Assembly: GCF_001194135.2 (NCBI RefSeq)
Contig: NC_069001.1
Span: 19,759,580 to 19,792,463, forward strand
Reading direction: 5' to 3'
Length of the DNA stretch: 32,884 nt
Origin: Octopus bimaculoides
Taxonomy: Eukaryota
Shown piece after piece: positions 20,075 through 32,560 of this stretch. Positions within the stretch are counted from its first letter, which is position 1, and each line of letters begins with the position of its first letter. The position numbers were made by a program, and so were the translations under genes. A model generated the notes under the pieces. The model was not told where the DNA came from, did not search any database, and was given only the letters and a program-made list of their open reading frames with translations.

Positions 20075-22400
20075 TTTATTAGGATAATTAATATCGTACA
20101 TAGGGGGGACAAAACAGGACAATACAAACAATTATTGTTATTATGAGCTTGTATTATACTTAGTTTTTAAAAATATAGAATGATATATAATCAAAATTTG
20201 AATTTTCCTTTTTTTGTGGGATGGGATTAAACCTGATGGGCTGAAAAGCAACTATACCTTTTCCTTTTCTCATGAGGATTAAGCAGAGTCACTTGCACCC
20301 ACCTTTCTTACCAGAGCGTTCCACCTTTTCTCGGACTCACCTCGCGACAGGCATCTCCTCTCCAGCCCTATCTTGTTCTTGAGATGATATCTGAAGTATG
20401 TCAGCAAACCAGGGAGATGAAGGATCCTGTCACGAGTCCTTGCAATTTTGTCTTCCACACACGCTCTTTCAACACTGCACCTGAACAGAGAAAACATGCC
20501 TCACCTTCTTTTGAGAGTCCGGTTGGCGACACAATCTTTATTATAGACTCAGCTGATAGCTGTACTGTGCCTAGGTGTGACAACACGTGTTCAACGTACA
20601 TTATCGAGCATGAAAGCTTCCGGCACTGTACAAAAGTGTGCTGGACGGTTTATCCTCCAGCCCACATCTTGGACATGCCGTTGGCACTGACATTCCGTGC
20701 TTGGATAACTTATCGCGAACAGGCAAAGCGTTCCTGTAGCACTGCCATGTCAGAGAATTTCGGTAATTATTCAAATACTCCGGCCTGAAAGTTTTTTGGA
20801 ACAGGTTGGCAAGTTGGTTCTCGTCGAACCCCAGCGCCCCTCCTAGGACGTCATCATTTTAAAACTCTACCAGCCCTTTATACAAAACCGACATGGTATT
20901 CCCACTGCCGGCCTTGCTCGTCTTGTGGATTAGCACGAGTGCCTGTCGACACTCCTTTTGCCATTCTGTCAGATTACATCTTTTAAAAAAACCGGGTTTG
21001 AATCTCTCCAAAGAGACTGGTCGCGGAAAGAATTCCTCCGCCAGCGGAATCCACACCTTGTTACCTGGAGGTACCTGGAGGTAGCGCCAGAGATGTTTCA
21101 GCCTCAACGCATGCCTGCGCATCATTAGCCAGGGCATCCCTAACCCATCCTCTAACGGTTCCTGACAGCAGACGGAGCGCCTCACAAGTGGCTTTCCCCC
21201 TTTCCACATTAAGCGGAAGAGGAGGCGCTCGAACTTGTTTAGCCACGAATCGGGGCAAAGGACATCGGTTAGGTGGTAGGTGATTACAGATGCAAGAAAC
21301 ACCTGTACCACCTTTGCCCTTCTTTTCAGGGACAGAGTCCATCCGGACCAACTCCAGACTAGGGCCTCCATCCTGACTGCCACCTCGCTCCAATTCTTCT
21401 CGGTCTGGGAGTCCGGTCCAAACCAAATTCCAAGCAACTTAACAGGACCATCTTTCCAGTGACTCTCGACACTCGACGATATCGACTTGCTCCTCCAGGT
21501 GCCGAGGCGCAAGCCGATTAACTTGTCCTTGTTAACTTTTGCTTCTGCCACTACCTCGTATCCTTTGTTAGCGTCCTCTCCACAAGGATGATGGTGACGT
21601 CATCTGCATAAGCAGAGACCAATTTATCGCATCCGATTTCATTGGGGGTACGACCCAAATTCCCCAACTTCCGCAGTAATGGCTCAAGAGCCAACATGTA
21701 CAGAAGCGGTGACAGGGGACACCCTTGACGAACTGAGCGCTTGATCGAAAACGATTCAGACAGGATGCCATTTATCTGAACTGTGGATTTGATGCCGCTA
21801 TACATTGCGGAGATCCACCTACGGAAGACCGGGCCCAGCCCAGCCGCTTCGAGGACCGCCTCCAGGTACTGATGGTCTACCATATCAAACGCTTTACTTT
21901 GGTCTAAATGGACCAGTGCCCCACCTTTGCCGGTTAATTTACCCAACCTGTCTAAGATGCAGCGTATAAGGTGAAGATTGTCATGCATCAACCTGCCTGG
22001 AATGGCGCATGTCTGCGCCTTCCCTACAAGCTTCTCCACGACACGCATCAATCTTCTTGCTAACACCTTGGCCAAAATCTTTAACTCTACATTGAGTAGA
22101 ATTATGGGCCTGTAATTACTTTTAATGTCCCCCTTGCTCGGGTCCTTCTGGATCAGCGTCACCATTCCCCGACTCACAGAGCTGGGAATCCTCCCATTCT
22201 GTTGCCAGTTTGTGTAGACGTCTGCCAGCAGGTCCCCGAACAAGTCCGGCATGCTACGATAAAACTCATAGGGTAGACCATCCAACCCCGGCGACTTGTC
22301 CCCAGCGCACTTGGCCAACACCTCTTTGACCTCCACATGTGTAATCGGTCCTTCACAGCATTCTGACTAACGTGCCGAGAGTCGCGGCCCACCAGCGAGG
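20075..22400 (-). mobile_element. 5'-truncated Tx1-like LINE (RT, C-terminal domain, 3'UTR)
   Basis: KSPGLDGLPYEFY, NYRPIILLNVELKILAKVLARRL, HLDQSKAFD, RQGCPLSPLLY, AYADDVT. ORF2 stop at about 20279; 3'UTR ends TTGTCCCCCCTATGT...CCTAATAAAAAA. Confidence 0.95.
21551..22336 (-). pseudogene. Tx1 ORF2 reverse transcriptase domain (261-aa open stretch)
   Basis: RT motifs are in one frame; a frameshift follows YADD. Confidence 0.9.
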
Positions 22401-22419
22401 AAGCCCTTTAGGGACTCCC

Positions 22420-23565
22420 CACGCTCGAGCGTGGAAGAGAATGGTGGTTTCTTCCTAATTATCAGGGTAAAAAGCCAACGAAGATTAGGGTGGGAAGGAT
22501 CCAACCGACAATTGAGCCAGAATGGCCACTGGCAGCAATTTTTACTGCAGAAAATGAAGAAAACGAAACTGAGTTTTCTTATGATAACCAGAACCCAACA
22601 AGTAAATTGTTGGGGGTATGGTTTCGAGGTTATTATCACGGTAAGTCAAAGACTATATGAGACAATTCCGGAAACACTAGAACTGCTGAATGGAGACAAA
22701 CTGGATATAATGTTGGAGAGGAGACTTCCAAAGTGCTATGAATGTGGCGAAAGAGGACACATTAGAAGAAGGTGCCCGAAAATAACGGAAAACGTAGAAA
22801 TGGAAAGGCAAGACGGCGTGATGGATGGAAAGAAACAGACACAGGAAAAGGAACAAAAAGCCGAGTTTGTAGAAGTCAAGTCAAGGAAGGACTCATCGCC
22901 GAAAGTTGAACAAGGAAACAAATATAAATCACTGGAACAAGTGGGATCACCAAAGAAAGAGGATAAAAGCAGAACATCACTAAATAAACATACAGACTCG
23001 CAATCACACAAACAAACAGATTCACAGACTCGTAAACACACAGACATACATATACACGGAAGCATACTAGATAACACAGAGTTGCAGAAACCTAAAAGCA
23101 CAGACACACAAACACAACATGCAGACTTACAGTCACAAAAAACATGCAGACCCGCAGACAAATAAACACACAGACATACAGTCACAAAGAAACATAGAAA
23201 AACAGACGTGTGATCATGCAGAGTCACAAAAACGAAAAAGAACAGACATGCAGACACAAGAGGTGCACCGGAACAGAATATATTTGATAACATATCGGTC
23301 GACACAAAAAATAGAACTCAGCGCTCCAGTGGTGAACAATGAGGAAATTAAGAACAATATAAAATGGTAAGTAGAGATTTATTTTGAAAAGAACTGTTGA
23401 GGACTGTTGAAATAATTGAAATAACGTTACCACCCCGGAGCGGGGCTAGGGTGGCCGTCCCATCTTCATTGTATAATTTCACTATTCCATTCTTTCATGT
23501 GTTAAATGTGCCTGAATGTGTGTATTGTCTTATTCATGTTTAGCCCCTTGTGGGTAATAAAAAAA
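22420..23565 (+). mobile_element. 5'-truncated ORF1-only Tx1-derived element (family D, copy 1)
   Basis: LPKCYECGERGHIRRRCP knuckle and H/T/D/Q-rich repeats, then directly a 3'UTR ending AGCCCCTTGTGGGTAATAAA(A)n. No ORF2 sequence in between. Confidence 0.85.
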
Positions 23566-23574
23566 AATCATTAA

Positions 23575-25009
23575 AAAAATTCATAGTATATTCCATCCGG
23601 TACTTCATTTGTGTCAAATACCATTTTTCTGCATTCCGCGCTTTCTTTACAGTCTCTTATTATTTTCATTCTGTATTCTGGCACTAATGCGCCTAAAACC
23701 ATTCTTTCTATTTTCATTCCCTTCATGTCTATCACTTTTCTATCTTTCCATTGTACTAACTATTCCACCACATCCTTTTTTACGCCTTTCACTAAAGCAC
23801 AAACAAAACAAGTGGGAAGGGCGTTTTGCAATTTTTTTGTATGACAGCTGTTCTTTTTTGTGTCGGAGGGGAATACGTGGGTTTGGTGTCTGCAGGGGAG
23901 GGTGGGGTTGAGAGGGTATGTGTGGGATGGGTGCGGGCTGGGGTTCACTTAACCTGTCCTTTTCCCACTTCCTCTGTTTTCTCCCCGTATATTTCCATCC
24001 ATCCTCCTCATTTCTTTCTTCTATCATTTCTGGTTCCTTCTCTGCTCTTTCCTGGGTTGGCTTATTTTTCAGAGGGCAGTCGGCTCTAATGTAGCCTTGT
24101 TGACCACATCTATAGCAACGAAAGGATCTGCCTTCTACCCACACTTTCATCACTGTTTCTCCAATTGTCACCGTTTCCACGAGCAACTCCAAGTTTTCCA
24201 GCTTACTCTGTATTATTAGTTCCAAAATTCGACCGCATCAATTAGTGGCTTCCGTTTCTGTGGCTTGGAGTACCGTGACCTCTTTCTTGCTTCCTAGAAG
24301 CACAGCCGCCGCTACCCAAGCCACATCCATTTTATGGGTTGATTCCCTCCACTCTGACCTTGGACGTTCTTCTTCCAAGGTATATGGGTAGAAGGATTAC
24401 CCTTTCCGCTTTCATTGATTTTGTTGAGCTTTCCCTCGCTTTCAGCTTGTTCTTACGGCATCTCAACGGTGCTGTATTGGCTTACTCTGGCAAGATACGC
24501 TATGTTTTGCCAGATAGGCCTCAACGCCTTTTCAATTTCGTCCGTCTGTTTATTCTCTATCCTTTTCTCCTTGACAGGAGATTGTATACAATCTTCCTTT
24601 CTTCCATTTCCCTTATTATTTCTTGTGGTGGTGACAATTTCACATCACCACCTTCTTTTTTAGCATATTTTCATGATTCTTCAAATTTTTGAGGCTCACC
24701 CCCTCCTTGCCACTCCAGTTACTCTCGCAAAAGTTTTCTCCTTTATAGCTCTATCCATCTTCATTACAGCTTCTTCCAGCTCCTCTTCAGACGACGACAG
24801 TTCCGAATATGACACCTCCGACTCACTCACGTCCGAACAAGTTTCCGCCATCCTTCCTCAAACTGTTGAGGGACAGCTTCACAAAAAAAACAAAAAAAAA
24901 ACCCAGCTGCAACGCCGCTCACAAAATATTATAATAACAGACGAGACCACGTGGAACGAACTCACATAACCTTGGTAACGGCAAATTATCAATAAAAAGC
25001 GAAAAAAAA
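23575..25009 (-). mobile_element. Tx1-type element copy E: 5' head and degenerate ORF1
   Basis: Head GTTATGTGAGTTCGTTCC; EIEKALRPIWQNIAYLAR homologous to the ORF1 at 28371-29285; RCYRCGQQGYIRADC knuckle. Confidence 0.8.
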
Positions 25010-25027
25010 AATTGCTGGGCTAAAGGT

Positions 25028-25190
25028 TTATTCTAGGCACAAGGTCCAAACACACAGGGGACATACATAGAGATGCGGGGACAAACAACAAGTGAAAATG
25101 ATTAAATGAATATAATACAATGATATGAGACGGCTATCTCTGCCCCGCTCCGAGACGAAACCATTATTTCCTTGTATACAATTAAATCAA
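25028..25190 (-). mobile_element. 3'UTR/end of a family-D-like element
   Basis: CGGAGCGGGGC...GCCGTC.CAT.TCATTGTAT matches 23435-23480; ends GTGCCTAGAATAA. Confidence 0.7.
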
Positions 25191-25299
25191 NNNNNNNNNN
25201 CATTTCCCTCCGACACAAAAAAGAAAAAAAGAACAGCAGTCATACAAAAGAATCGCAAAACGACCTTCCCACTTGTTTTGTTTGTGCTTTAGTGAAATA

Positions 25300-28200
25300 T
25301 TTCTTTATTGCCTACTAGGGGCCGACAAAGATGGGGACCACACAACCTGATTTGGGGTCAGATGTTCGATATGTAATTACAATAAAAATGAAGTTAAAAA
25401 TTAAAGCATATATGAACGAATGATTATACATTACAAAAAGCGAAATACGTTTGTAAGGTGCGGCTGGAGATAAAGCTGCCTGTCTTGACTCCTTTCATCC
25501 TTGTCTTCCACACCGCCTCTTTCGCTTCGCTATTGCTACTACGATGCGAAAGCAATTCTTACCTTCATTTGTTAAAAATCCAGGTGGGTCAATTTTTATG
25601 ATTAACTCAGCCGACAGCTGTACTCTCCATGTGCCGGACAACAGATGTTCCGCATAAGCCCACATTTCCGATACTTCTGGACACTGAACAATAGCGTGCG
25701 GGACGGTTTCTCAATCCCGCGTATACCATGTCTTGCAAGCTTATCCCAAACGGGCAAGGCACTTCTGTAACATTGCCAGGTCAAAGATTTTTGGAAATTA
25801 TCCAACGACCTCAACCCGAATGTACGAAGGAACAGGCTGTCAAGTTGAATATGCCAGAGACCAAGACTCTCCCCCAGGCCATCGTCACATTCAGCATCTA
25901 CTAATCCTCTATAGAAGAATGCTGTAGAATCCCCACCGCTGGTATTACCCAAGCGACGGAATAGCAAGAGGGCCTTACGGCACTCCGTATGCCATGCACT
26001 CAACCTCGATCTACGAAAGCACCAGTCTTCCCGTCCGCAAAAACTAGCGAACTCGGGTAACATCTGTCTTGCTAGCGGAGACCACACCCGTTCACCATCC
26101 AGGAGAATCCAGAGATGCCTCAACTTCAGCGCATGTCTGCGCATCATCAATCAAGGCATTCCTAATCCTCCTTTTAACGGTCTTTGGCAACAGATAGAGT
26201 GTCTCACAAGTGGCGGAAGAGCTGTCTCTCCAACTTGATTAACCACGAATTCGGGCAAGGAACGACGGTCAGGCGGTGGGTAATGACCGATGTGATAAAA
26301 ATATTAGCCACCTCCACCCCCACTTTCAGGGATAGCTACCGCCAAGACCAGGTTTTGACTATGGAGGACACCCTGCTCGAAACCTCATACCAGTTCTTCT
26401 CTACCTGGAGATCTGGTCCAAACCAGACCCCTAGCAACTTAATCGGTCCCTCTGTCCAGCGTACAACGACGCTATCTGAAGGCATCGACTTGCACCCCTC
26501 CCCCCAGGTGCCGAGTTGCTAGCCGACTGATTTTCCCCGGTTAATCTTTGCTCCTGCCACCGTCTCGTAAACCTCAATAGCCTTGCCTACTTCATGTAGG
26601 CGTGCCATTGTGGTCACGCTGATGGTGATGTCATCCGCAAAGGCTGAAACAAATTTCTCATATCCTGGCTCATATCCGAGCGTTTGATACAGGACGGCTT
26701 TGAGAGAAAACCGTTAATCCGAACTATCGAGTCAATGTTGTGATACAATTGAATGATCTATCTAAGAAAGCCAAGACCCAAGCCAAACTGCACAAGAACA
26801 GTCACCAGGTACCGATGGTCAACCCTATCGAAAGCTTTAGATTGGTCTAAACGTACCAATGCCCCACCTCTGCTAGATCTATCCCCAAACCTCTCTAAGG
26901 TATATCTCCACCTTATCTAAGGATAAGGTGGAGATTATCCTGAATGGTATATGTCTGTGCCCCACCCCCATCAGACCATCCGCGACACGCGTCAACCTTT
27001 TTGCTAATACCTTTGCCAAAATCTTCACATTTAACAGAGTGATGGGCCTGAAATTATCTAAACAGTCCCCCTTGTTCGGTTTCCATTCTGACCCACATCT
27101 CCACTCCTCGGCGTACATATCTGGGGATAAACCCATTCTGTTGCCAGTTCGCGTACACATTGGCTAGCAGGTGCCCGAACAAGTCTGGCATACACTTATA
27201 CAGCTCGTGGGGAAGACCTTCCAGTCCCGGCGACCTACTCATGCCGCAGTCAGCCATAGCCTCTATCACTTCCCCAGGCGTGATCGGCCATATTCTATGG
27301 TTCATTTTAAGGCGTACCACCATTTGTTATTAATGATGGTACCTGTTAACGCCCTCTGAATTAAATATTTAATTCGCTTTCTGTACTCCTCAATCGCCAA
27401 AAGGGACGTATTGAGTTTCCAGTACCCAGATCCCTGTCTATGCATCTTATCTACGTTCAGCTACAGGTAACCACCTTGTTACTGTAGCTGACTGGATAAA
27501 ACTGTGGACACTTAACTATATCTTATCTACCTTTCTAATCAAAATCCTATCTAAATATGATCGGGAAGACCCGTCGCTGTTTGACCATGTCCACAATGGA
27601 GCGTCTGGGTGTTCCAACCTATATAGGTCTGCCAGATGGAAATAGCTTAGCAGATCCCGAAAACCAGGGTTACACGTCCTATCCTTTCTCGAGCCAATAC
27701 AATCTACGCGCGCATCGCAGATTGTGTTTAAAGTCTCCTAACAGAATGCGACGTGGCTAGAAATTTACCTAGGTCACGAAAACATTCACTTTGTGGACTA
27801 ATAAGATTGGGTGCATTAACTGCAACCAGCCTGACTGTCTTGCCGCAACTGAAAGTCAAGTCCAGAACGATCAGCCCGCTTTCTGGATCAGAAAAAAAAA
27901 ATCAACTTTTTCTCTGAAATCCGGTTTCTTTTTAATAGGAACAACACCCCACTTCTACCTTCTACCTGACACGGAAAAACGTATTTCTCGTAGCCGTTCA
28001 GGAGGGGGAGAAGATCTCTTGGCTCTCTCAACCAGGTTTCTGTAGCAACAATTACATCTAAATCCCTGCGACCTGATGTCATTTAGGAAGCGTCCTTGTT
28101 TCCAGCTCGACATCAGGCCACGTACATTCAAACAACCAATGTGAATAGCCATAAAGTTGTCTTAGTTTTTTAATTTGAATTATCAGGTGGAGGAGGAGTT

Positions 28201-29340
28201 TTCACCTTTTCCTTTTCGTCTTTTCGCGGGATCTTACGATAATTTGTTCTGTAAAATTCTGAGTCTTATTTGAGACTTCATATACATCATAGTTGGTAAA
28301 TTTCTCCGAAATGTTATCAACATTTTTTGCAGTCTTTAACAATTGAATGTCTCTCATTAGCTCGGTATCTTTAGTATATGCGGCTATTATGCCTTTTTCC
28401 TCTTTTTCTCTTCTGGCAATCTTTTTTGGTTGTTGGTCTGTAGTAGTCGCTGCTCTCGGTTGAGTTGTTGATTGTAATTTTCTTTTGTTTGTTTTCTTCT
28501 TCTTCTTCTTCCTTGTAATTCTTTCGAATGTGGCCTAATTGGCCACACAAAAAACATCGGGGTTTTCCGCCCTCAACATATACTATGAGGGCCTCCTCCC
28601 CTATCTCAATTTTCTCGGGAATCGCTTTAATTGTTTTAGGTTCCGCCTGAATGAGGAAATTGACTGTTTGATCAGTCCAGTTAGCTTTTTCGGTGACAGC
28701 AGCCTGGAGGAGAGTAATTTTCTCCTCCTGGTTGATTAGGACTGCCACCACCAACCACATAGGATCCACTTCCGGTGGGACCCTTGTGATTTTGATTCTG
28801 GACGTTCTCATCCTCATATAGGTGAGGATGAGTGCCATGTTCGTCTTCAGCGTTTCTACTGAATGTCTTTGTGCTATTTCTTTGCTAGTAAGCCTTACTT
28901 CCACCGTTCCAAATTTCCTGCCTCTTGTCAGATAAACCACGTCGCTCCAAATTGGTTTCAGGCACTTCTCTATCTTCTCTTCTGTAATTTTCTCAATTCT
29001 TCTTTGCAACGGGGAATCAAAAATTCCATTTTTAGTGGTCGATGACATGTAATTCTTCCTCCCAACGAGGGAATCAAAAATTTCTTTATCAGTAGTTGAC
29101 CTCTCGCCAGACGACATGTAATTCTTCCTCTCAACAGAGAAAACAAACATTTCTGTTTCAATGGCAGGCTCCTCGCCAGACAACATTCTCCCCCCCCCCA
29201 CCAACGGGAGAACGAACAATGCGGGCTTTCTACAAGTACTTAGACAGTGCTTTGCAAAGAAAACAGTTATTAACAAATTCGACAATTTAACAAGAAACAG
29301 CAGTTATTAACAATAAAAAATAGCAATTTTGACAACGAAC
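25300..29340 (-). mobile_element. Near-full-length two-ORF Tx1-like LINE (copy G), degenerate, deleted between EN and RT
   Basis: ORF1 28371-29285; ORF2 starts 28152 (CLNVRGL, DVIVATETW, LGDFN-like, WTWSNSDGSSRSYLDR, GSGYWKLNTSLL); RT 27320-26580; C-terminal region; ends GGCAATAAAGAAA. Confidence 0.92.
28371..29285 (-). CDS. Tx1 ORF1p (RRM-like region plus CCHC zinc knuckle), 304-aa open frame
   Basis: KIEKCLKPIWSDVVYLTRGRKFGTVEV...VYVEGGKPRCFLCGQLGHIRKNY (last Cys mutated). True start codon uncertain. Confidence 0.7.
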   Translation of the reverse strand: MSNLLITVFFAKHCLSTCRKPALFVLPLVGGGRMLSGEEPAIETEMFVFSVERKNYMSSGERSTTDKEIFDSLVGRKNYMSSTTKNGIFDSPLQRRIEKITEEKIEKCLKPIWSDVVYLTRGRKFGTVEVRLTSKEIAQRHSVETLKTNMALILTYMRMRTSRIKITRVPPEVDPMWLVVAVLINQEEKITLLQAAVTEKANWTDQTVNFLIQAEPKTIKAIPEKIEIGEEALIVYVEGGKPRCFLCGQLGHIRKNYKEEEEEENKQKKITINNSTESSDYYRPTTKKDCQKRKRGKRHNSRIY

Positions 29341-29369
29341 GAGGAACTCTCCACACGCGGTTATTCTTC

Positions 29370-29480
29370 TAAAGACTCTAACGACTATCCTGTCTATATA
29401 AGATCTGTGTGAGCCGTCGTTATTACTCCATGTCCACTGTGGAACGCTCGGCTCATCCAGTCTGGAACGGTCTACTAGAT
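29370..29480 (-). mobile_element. Isolated Tx1 APE endonuclease fragment
   Basis: PSVPQWTWSNNDGSHRSYIDRIVV, paralogous to 27560-27620. Confidence 0.75.
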
Positions 29481-29489
29481 TATAGCAAG

Positions 29490-30640
29490 GGCAGTTATGA
29501 TAACCACAACCCAACAAATAAATTGTTGGGAGTATGGTTTGGAGGTGGTTTTCACGGTAAGTCAGACAGTATACAATACCAAACCGGAGACACTGGAACT
29601 GCCAAACGAGGACATGCTGGATATAATGTTGGAAGGGAGACCTCCAAAGTGCTATGAATGTGGCAAAAGAAATCACATTAAAAGAAAGAGCCCAGAAATA
29701 ATGGAAAACATAGAAATGAAAACGCAAGAAGGCGTGATAGAGGAGAGTAAACAGACACAGGAAGAGGAACAGAGAGCTGATTTTGAGGAAACTAAGTCAA
29801 GGAAGAGAGAAAGGAAGGGCTCATTACCGAAAGTTGAACAAGGAAAGAAATATAAATCACAGGATCAAGTGGGATCACCGAGGAAAGAGTATAAAAGCAG
29901 AACATCACCAAAGAAACATACAGACTCACAATCGCACAAACAGACAGATTCACAGACGCATAAACACACAGATATACATATACACGGAAGCATACTAGAT
30001 AACACAGAGTTGCAGAAATCTAAAAGCACAGAACTTGAAATCACAGACACATAGACACAACATGCAGACTTACAGTCACAAAAACATGCTGACCCACAGA
30101 CAAATAAACACACAGATATACAGTCACAAAGAAGAACAGACGCCTGATAGTACAGAGTCACAAAAACAAAAAAGAAAGACATGCAGACGCAAGAGGTGCA
30201 CAGGAGTAGAATATATTTGATAACATATCGGTCGACACAAAAAATTGAAAGGAAAATAACTAAACTGAAAGGCATTGTTAAAGTGGACCTCTCGGAGGGT
30301 TACAATAAGGAGACGAGATGGATTTTAATGAAAAAAGATAAGTATAGAAAGTTAAAAGAGGCTTTTCCATTAGATATAAACCAACTGGGGCCCGAGGTGA
30401 ATTTCAAACCCATCGCTCCAATGGTGAACTACGAGGAAATTAAGAACTATATAAAATGTTAAGTAGAGTTTTATTTTGAAAAGAACTTGAAATAATTGAA
30501 ATAACGTAACCACCCGGAGCGGGGCTGGGGTGGCCGTCCCATCTTCATTGTATAATTTAACTATCCCATTCTTTCATGTGTTGATTGTCCCCGCATGTGT
30601 GTATTGCCCCATCTATGTTTAGCCCCTTGTGGGTAATAAA
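29490..30640 (+). mobile_element. 5'-truncated ORF1-only element (family D, copy 2)
   Basis: Colinear with 22570-23565; LEGRPPKCYECGKRNH; C-terminal LGPEVNFKPIAPMVNY; ends AGCCCCTTGTGGGTAATAAA. Confidence 0.85.
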
Positions 30641-30644
30641 TCAG

Positions 30645-31437
30645 TTACAGGATTTACCTATTTTCCCTTTTTTTTAAACAAAATGTTTAACCAAATATTT
30701 TTCTGTCTTTCACAATTTTTAAAATAAATCACGACTTACCACTTTATCTTCTCCTTTTTGTCCACATAATTCACCACCGAGGCACGAGGTTCAACATCCA
30801 CCTCCGGCCCTAGTGGATTCACTCTTTCATAATGTCTTTCAATTTTGAAATTCTTTTAACTTTTAGGGAGTCCTATTTCATTTAAAAACCTTGCTTCTGT
30901 TTGTGTCTTACGTGTTTGTGTTTTTTGTCTCTGTATGTCTAATTTTTGGCCTTCCTCTGATTGTGTCTCTGTGTCCGTGTGTCAGTGTGTTTGTGTGTCA
31001 GTGTGTTCGTTTGACTGTGATTCGGAGTGTTTCGTCTGTATTTCTATGTTTTTAGGTTTCCGTAATTCTGAGTTATCTTGTTTCTGTTCGTCTATACTTC
31101 TGTGCTTTTGCATGTTTGTGTGTCTGTGGGTCTGAATGTATATGTACTTGCAAGTCCTTTACTGGTGATTCTACTGGTAAATTTTCCCCGTTTCTCGTCG
31201 TAGGTTAGATTACCTCTTCCATTGTTTTGTAATTCTTCAGTTCCACTATCGTTGGTGACTTCCTCCTCTCTCTTTTCTGTTTGCTTTCACCTCCGCAAAA
31301 TTCCCGTCTGGTTCTGTTAACTGTTTCTGTTGTTTCTCCACTATTATATTGTCCTGAATACTCTCCTCTACAATTTCCACTGCTGCTCTCGGGCATTTCT
31401 TTCGCAAGCGCCCTCTTTCACCATATTCGTAACACTT
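30645..31437 (-). mobile_element. ORF1 3' half of a family-D relative (copy F)
   Basis: PTKCYEYGERGRLRKKCP; later NPLGPEVDVEPRASVVNY, homologous to the family D C-terminus. Confidence 0.75.
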
Positions 31438-31480
31438 TGTGGGTATCGCGATTTCCGGGTTATTTCCCTTCATTAGCACA
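31438..31480 (-). ncRNA. Second copy of the minimal hammerhead, probably inactive
   Basis: Same block as 20006-20046, but the core is CTAATGA (G5 to A) and stem I is disrupted. Confidence 0.6.
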
Positions 31481-31509
31481 GAATAATTTGTTCGGCTAGA
31501 GGTGAATTC

Positions 31510-32560
31510 TTTATCACAATAATGAATATCATATAAAGATTGGACAATACGGGATAATACACACAAATAATGTTATGATGAGTTCCAATGTAACTTATGG
31601 ATTAAAAATATTGAAGAAATATATATGTATAATATATTTTAACTTTACTCTTTTTTTTGGGGGGGGGGGATTATACCTGGTTGCCTGAAAGGCCCAGTAG
31701 CTATCCTTTTCCTTTTTCTAATGACGATTAAGTAGGGTTACTTACATCCACCTTTCTTATCACAGCCTTCCATCTTTTTTCAAACAAGCTTCGCGATAGA
31801 ATCCTCCTCTCCAGCCCTGTATTGCTCTTCAGATGGTATCTGAAGTATAGTAGCAGTCCCGGACCGGAGATGAAGGATCCCGTTACGACTCCTTGCATTC
31901 TAGTCCTCCACACACACTCTTTCATCACTGTAACTGTAGAGAGAAAACATTCTTCACCTTCGTTTGAGAGTCCGGTTGGTGGCACAATCTTTATTATAGA
32001 TTCAGACGATAGCTGTACTTTACCCAGATGTGACAACATGTGCACTACGACAGTGTACAAGAGCGTGTTGAACGGTATCCTCGCCCAGCCCACATCTTGG
32101 ACATGTCGGTGGCACTGACGTTCCGTGCCTGCATAACTTTTCGCAAACAGGTAAAGCGTCCCTATAACACTGCCAGGTCAGGGATTTTTGGTAATTATCC
32201 AAATACCCTGGCCTGAAAGTGTGTCTCCTCGTTGTTACTTGTAAAGCCCTTTCCCATCGCAGGGAAATCCTTTCGGGATGCAATGTTAAATTCCATCACA
32301 ACACTTTTTAAACCTAGTCACAAATGACAAATTCACAGAAATTAATGTAATACCCAGTCACGGGTAAAAAAAAAAAGCAGCTCAATAAGTTTTCAAGATA
32401 ATATTCTAAGAGAATGTTCTGCCCTGTAGGGCGAAAATTACTGTTTCTCGACGTACAACAGTTCAAAGGAAAACAAAGTATCCAAAATATGGCATACAAA
32501 AACACACAGGAACGAACTCACATAACGTTAGGTAGCAAATTCTCAATCACGACGCAAAAA
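31510..32560 (-). mobile_element. Internally deleted Tx1 element (copy H): 5' head/UTR fused to ORF2 C-terminus and 3'UTR
   Basis: Head motif at 32509-32526 is identical to 24953-24970; NYQKSLTWQCYRDALP, CPRCGLGEDTVQHALVHC; 3'UTR colinear with 20075-20280; 18-19-bp motif on both flanks. Confidence 0.82.

Noticed and set aside
17600-20146. Long ORFs of 170-363 aa in the ORF track
   Set aside because: They are open only because they run through N gaps; the same applies to those at 1419-1794, 4124-4354, 14340-14714 and 16696-17130.
19992-20280. Apparent permuted ORF2-then-ORF1 architecture here and at 31246-31730
   Set aside because: The shared peptide (NYSVLMKGNNPEIAI) is just the translated hammerhead block. 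Similarity ends after CACAAA, and the knuckle at 31430 belongs to separate copy F.
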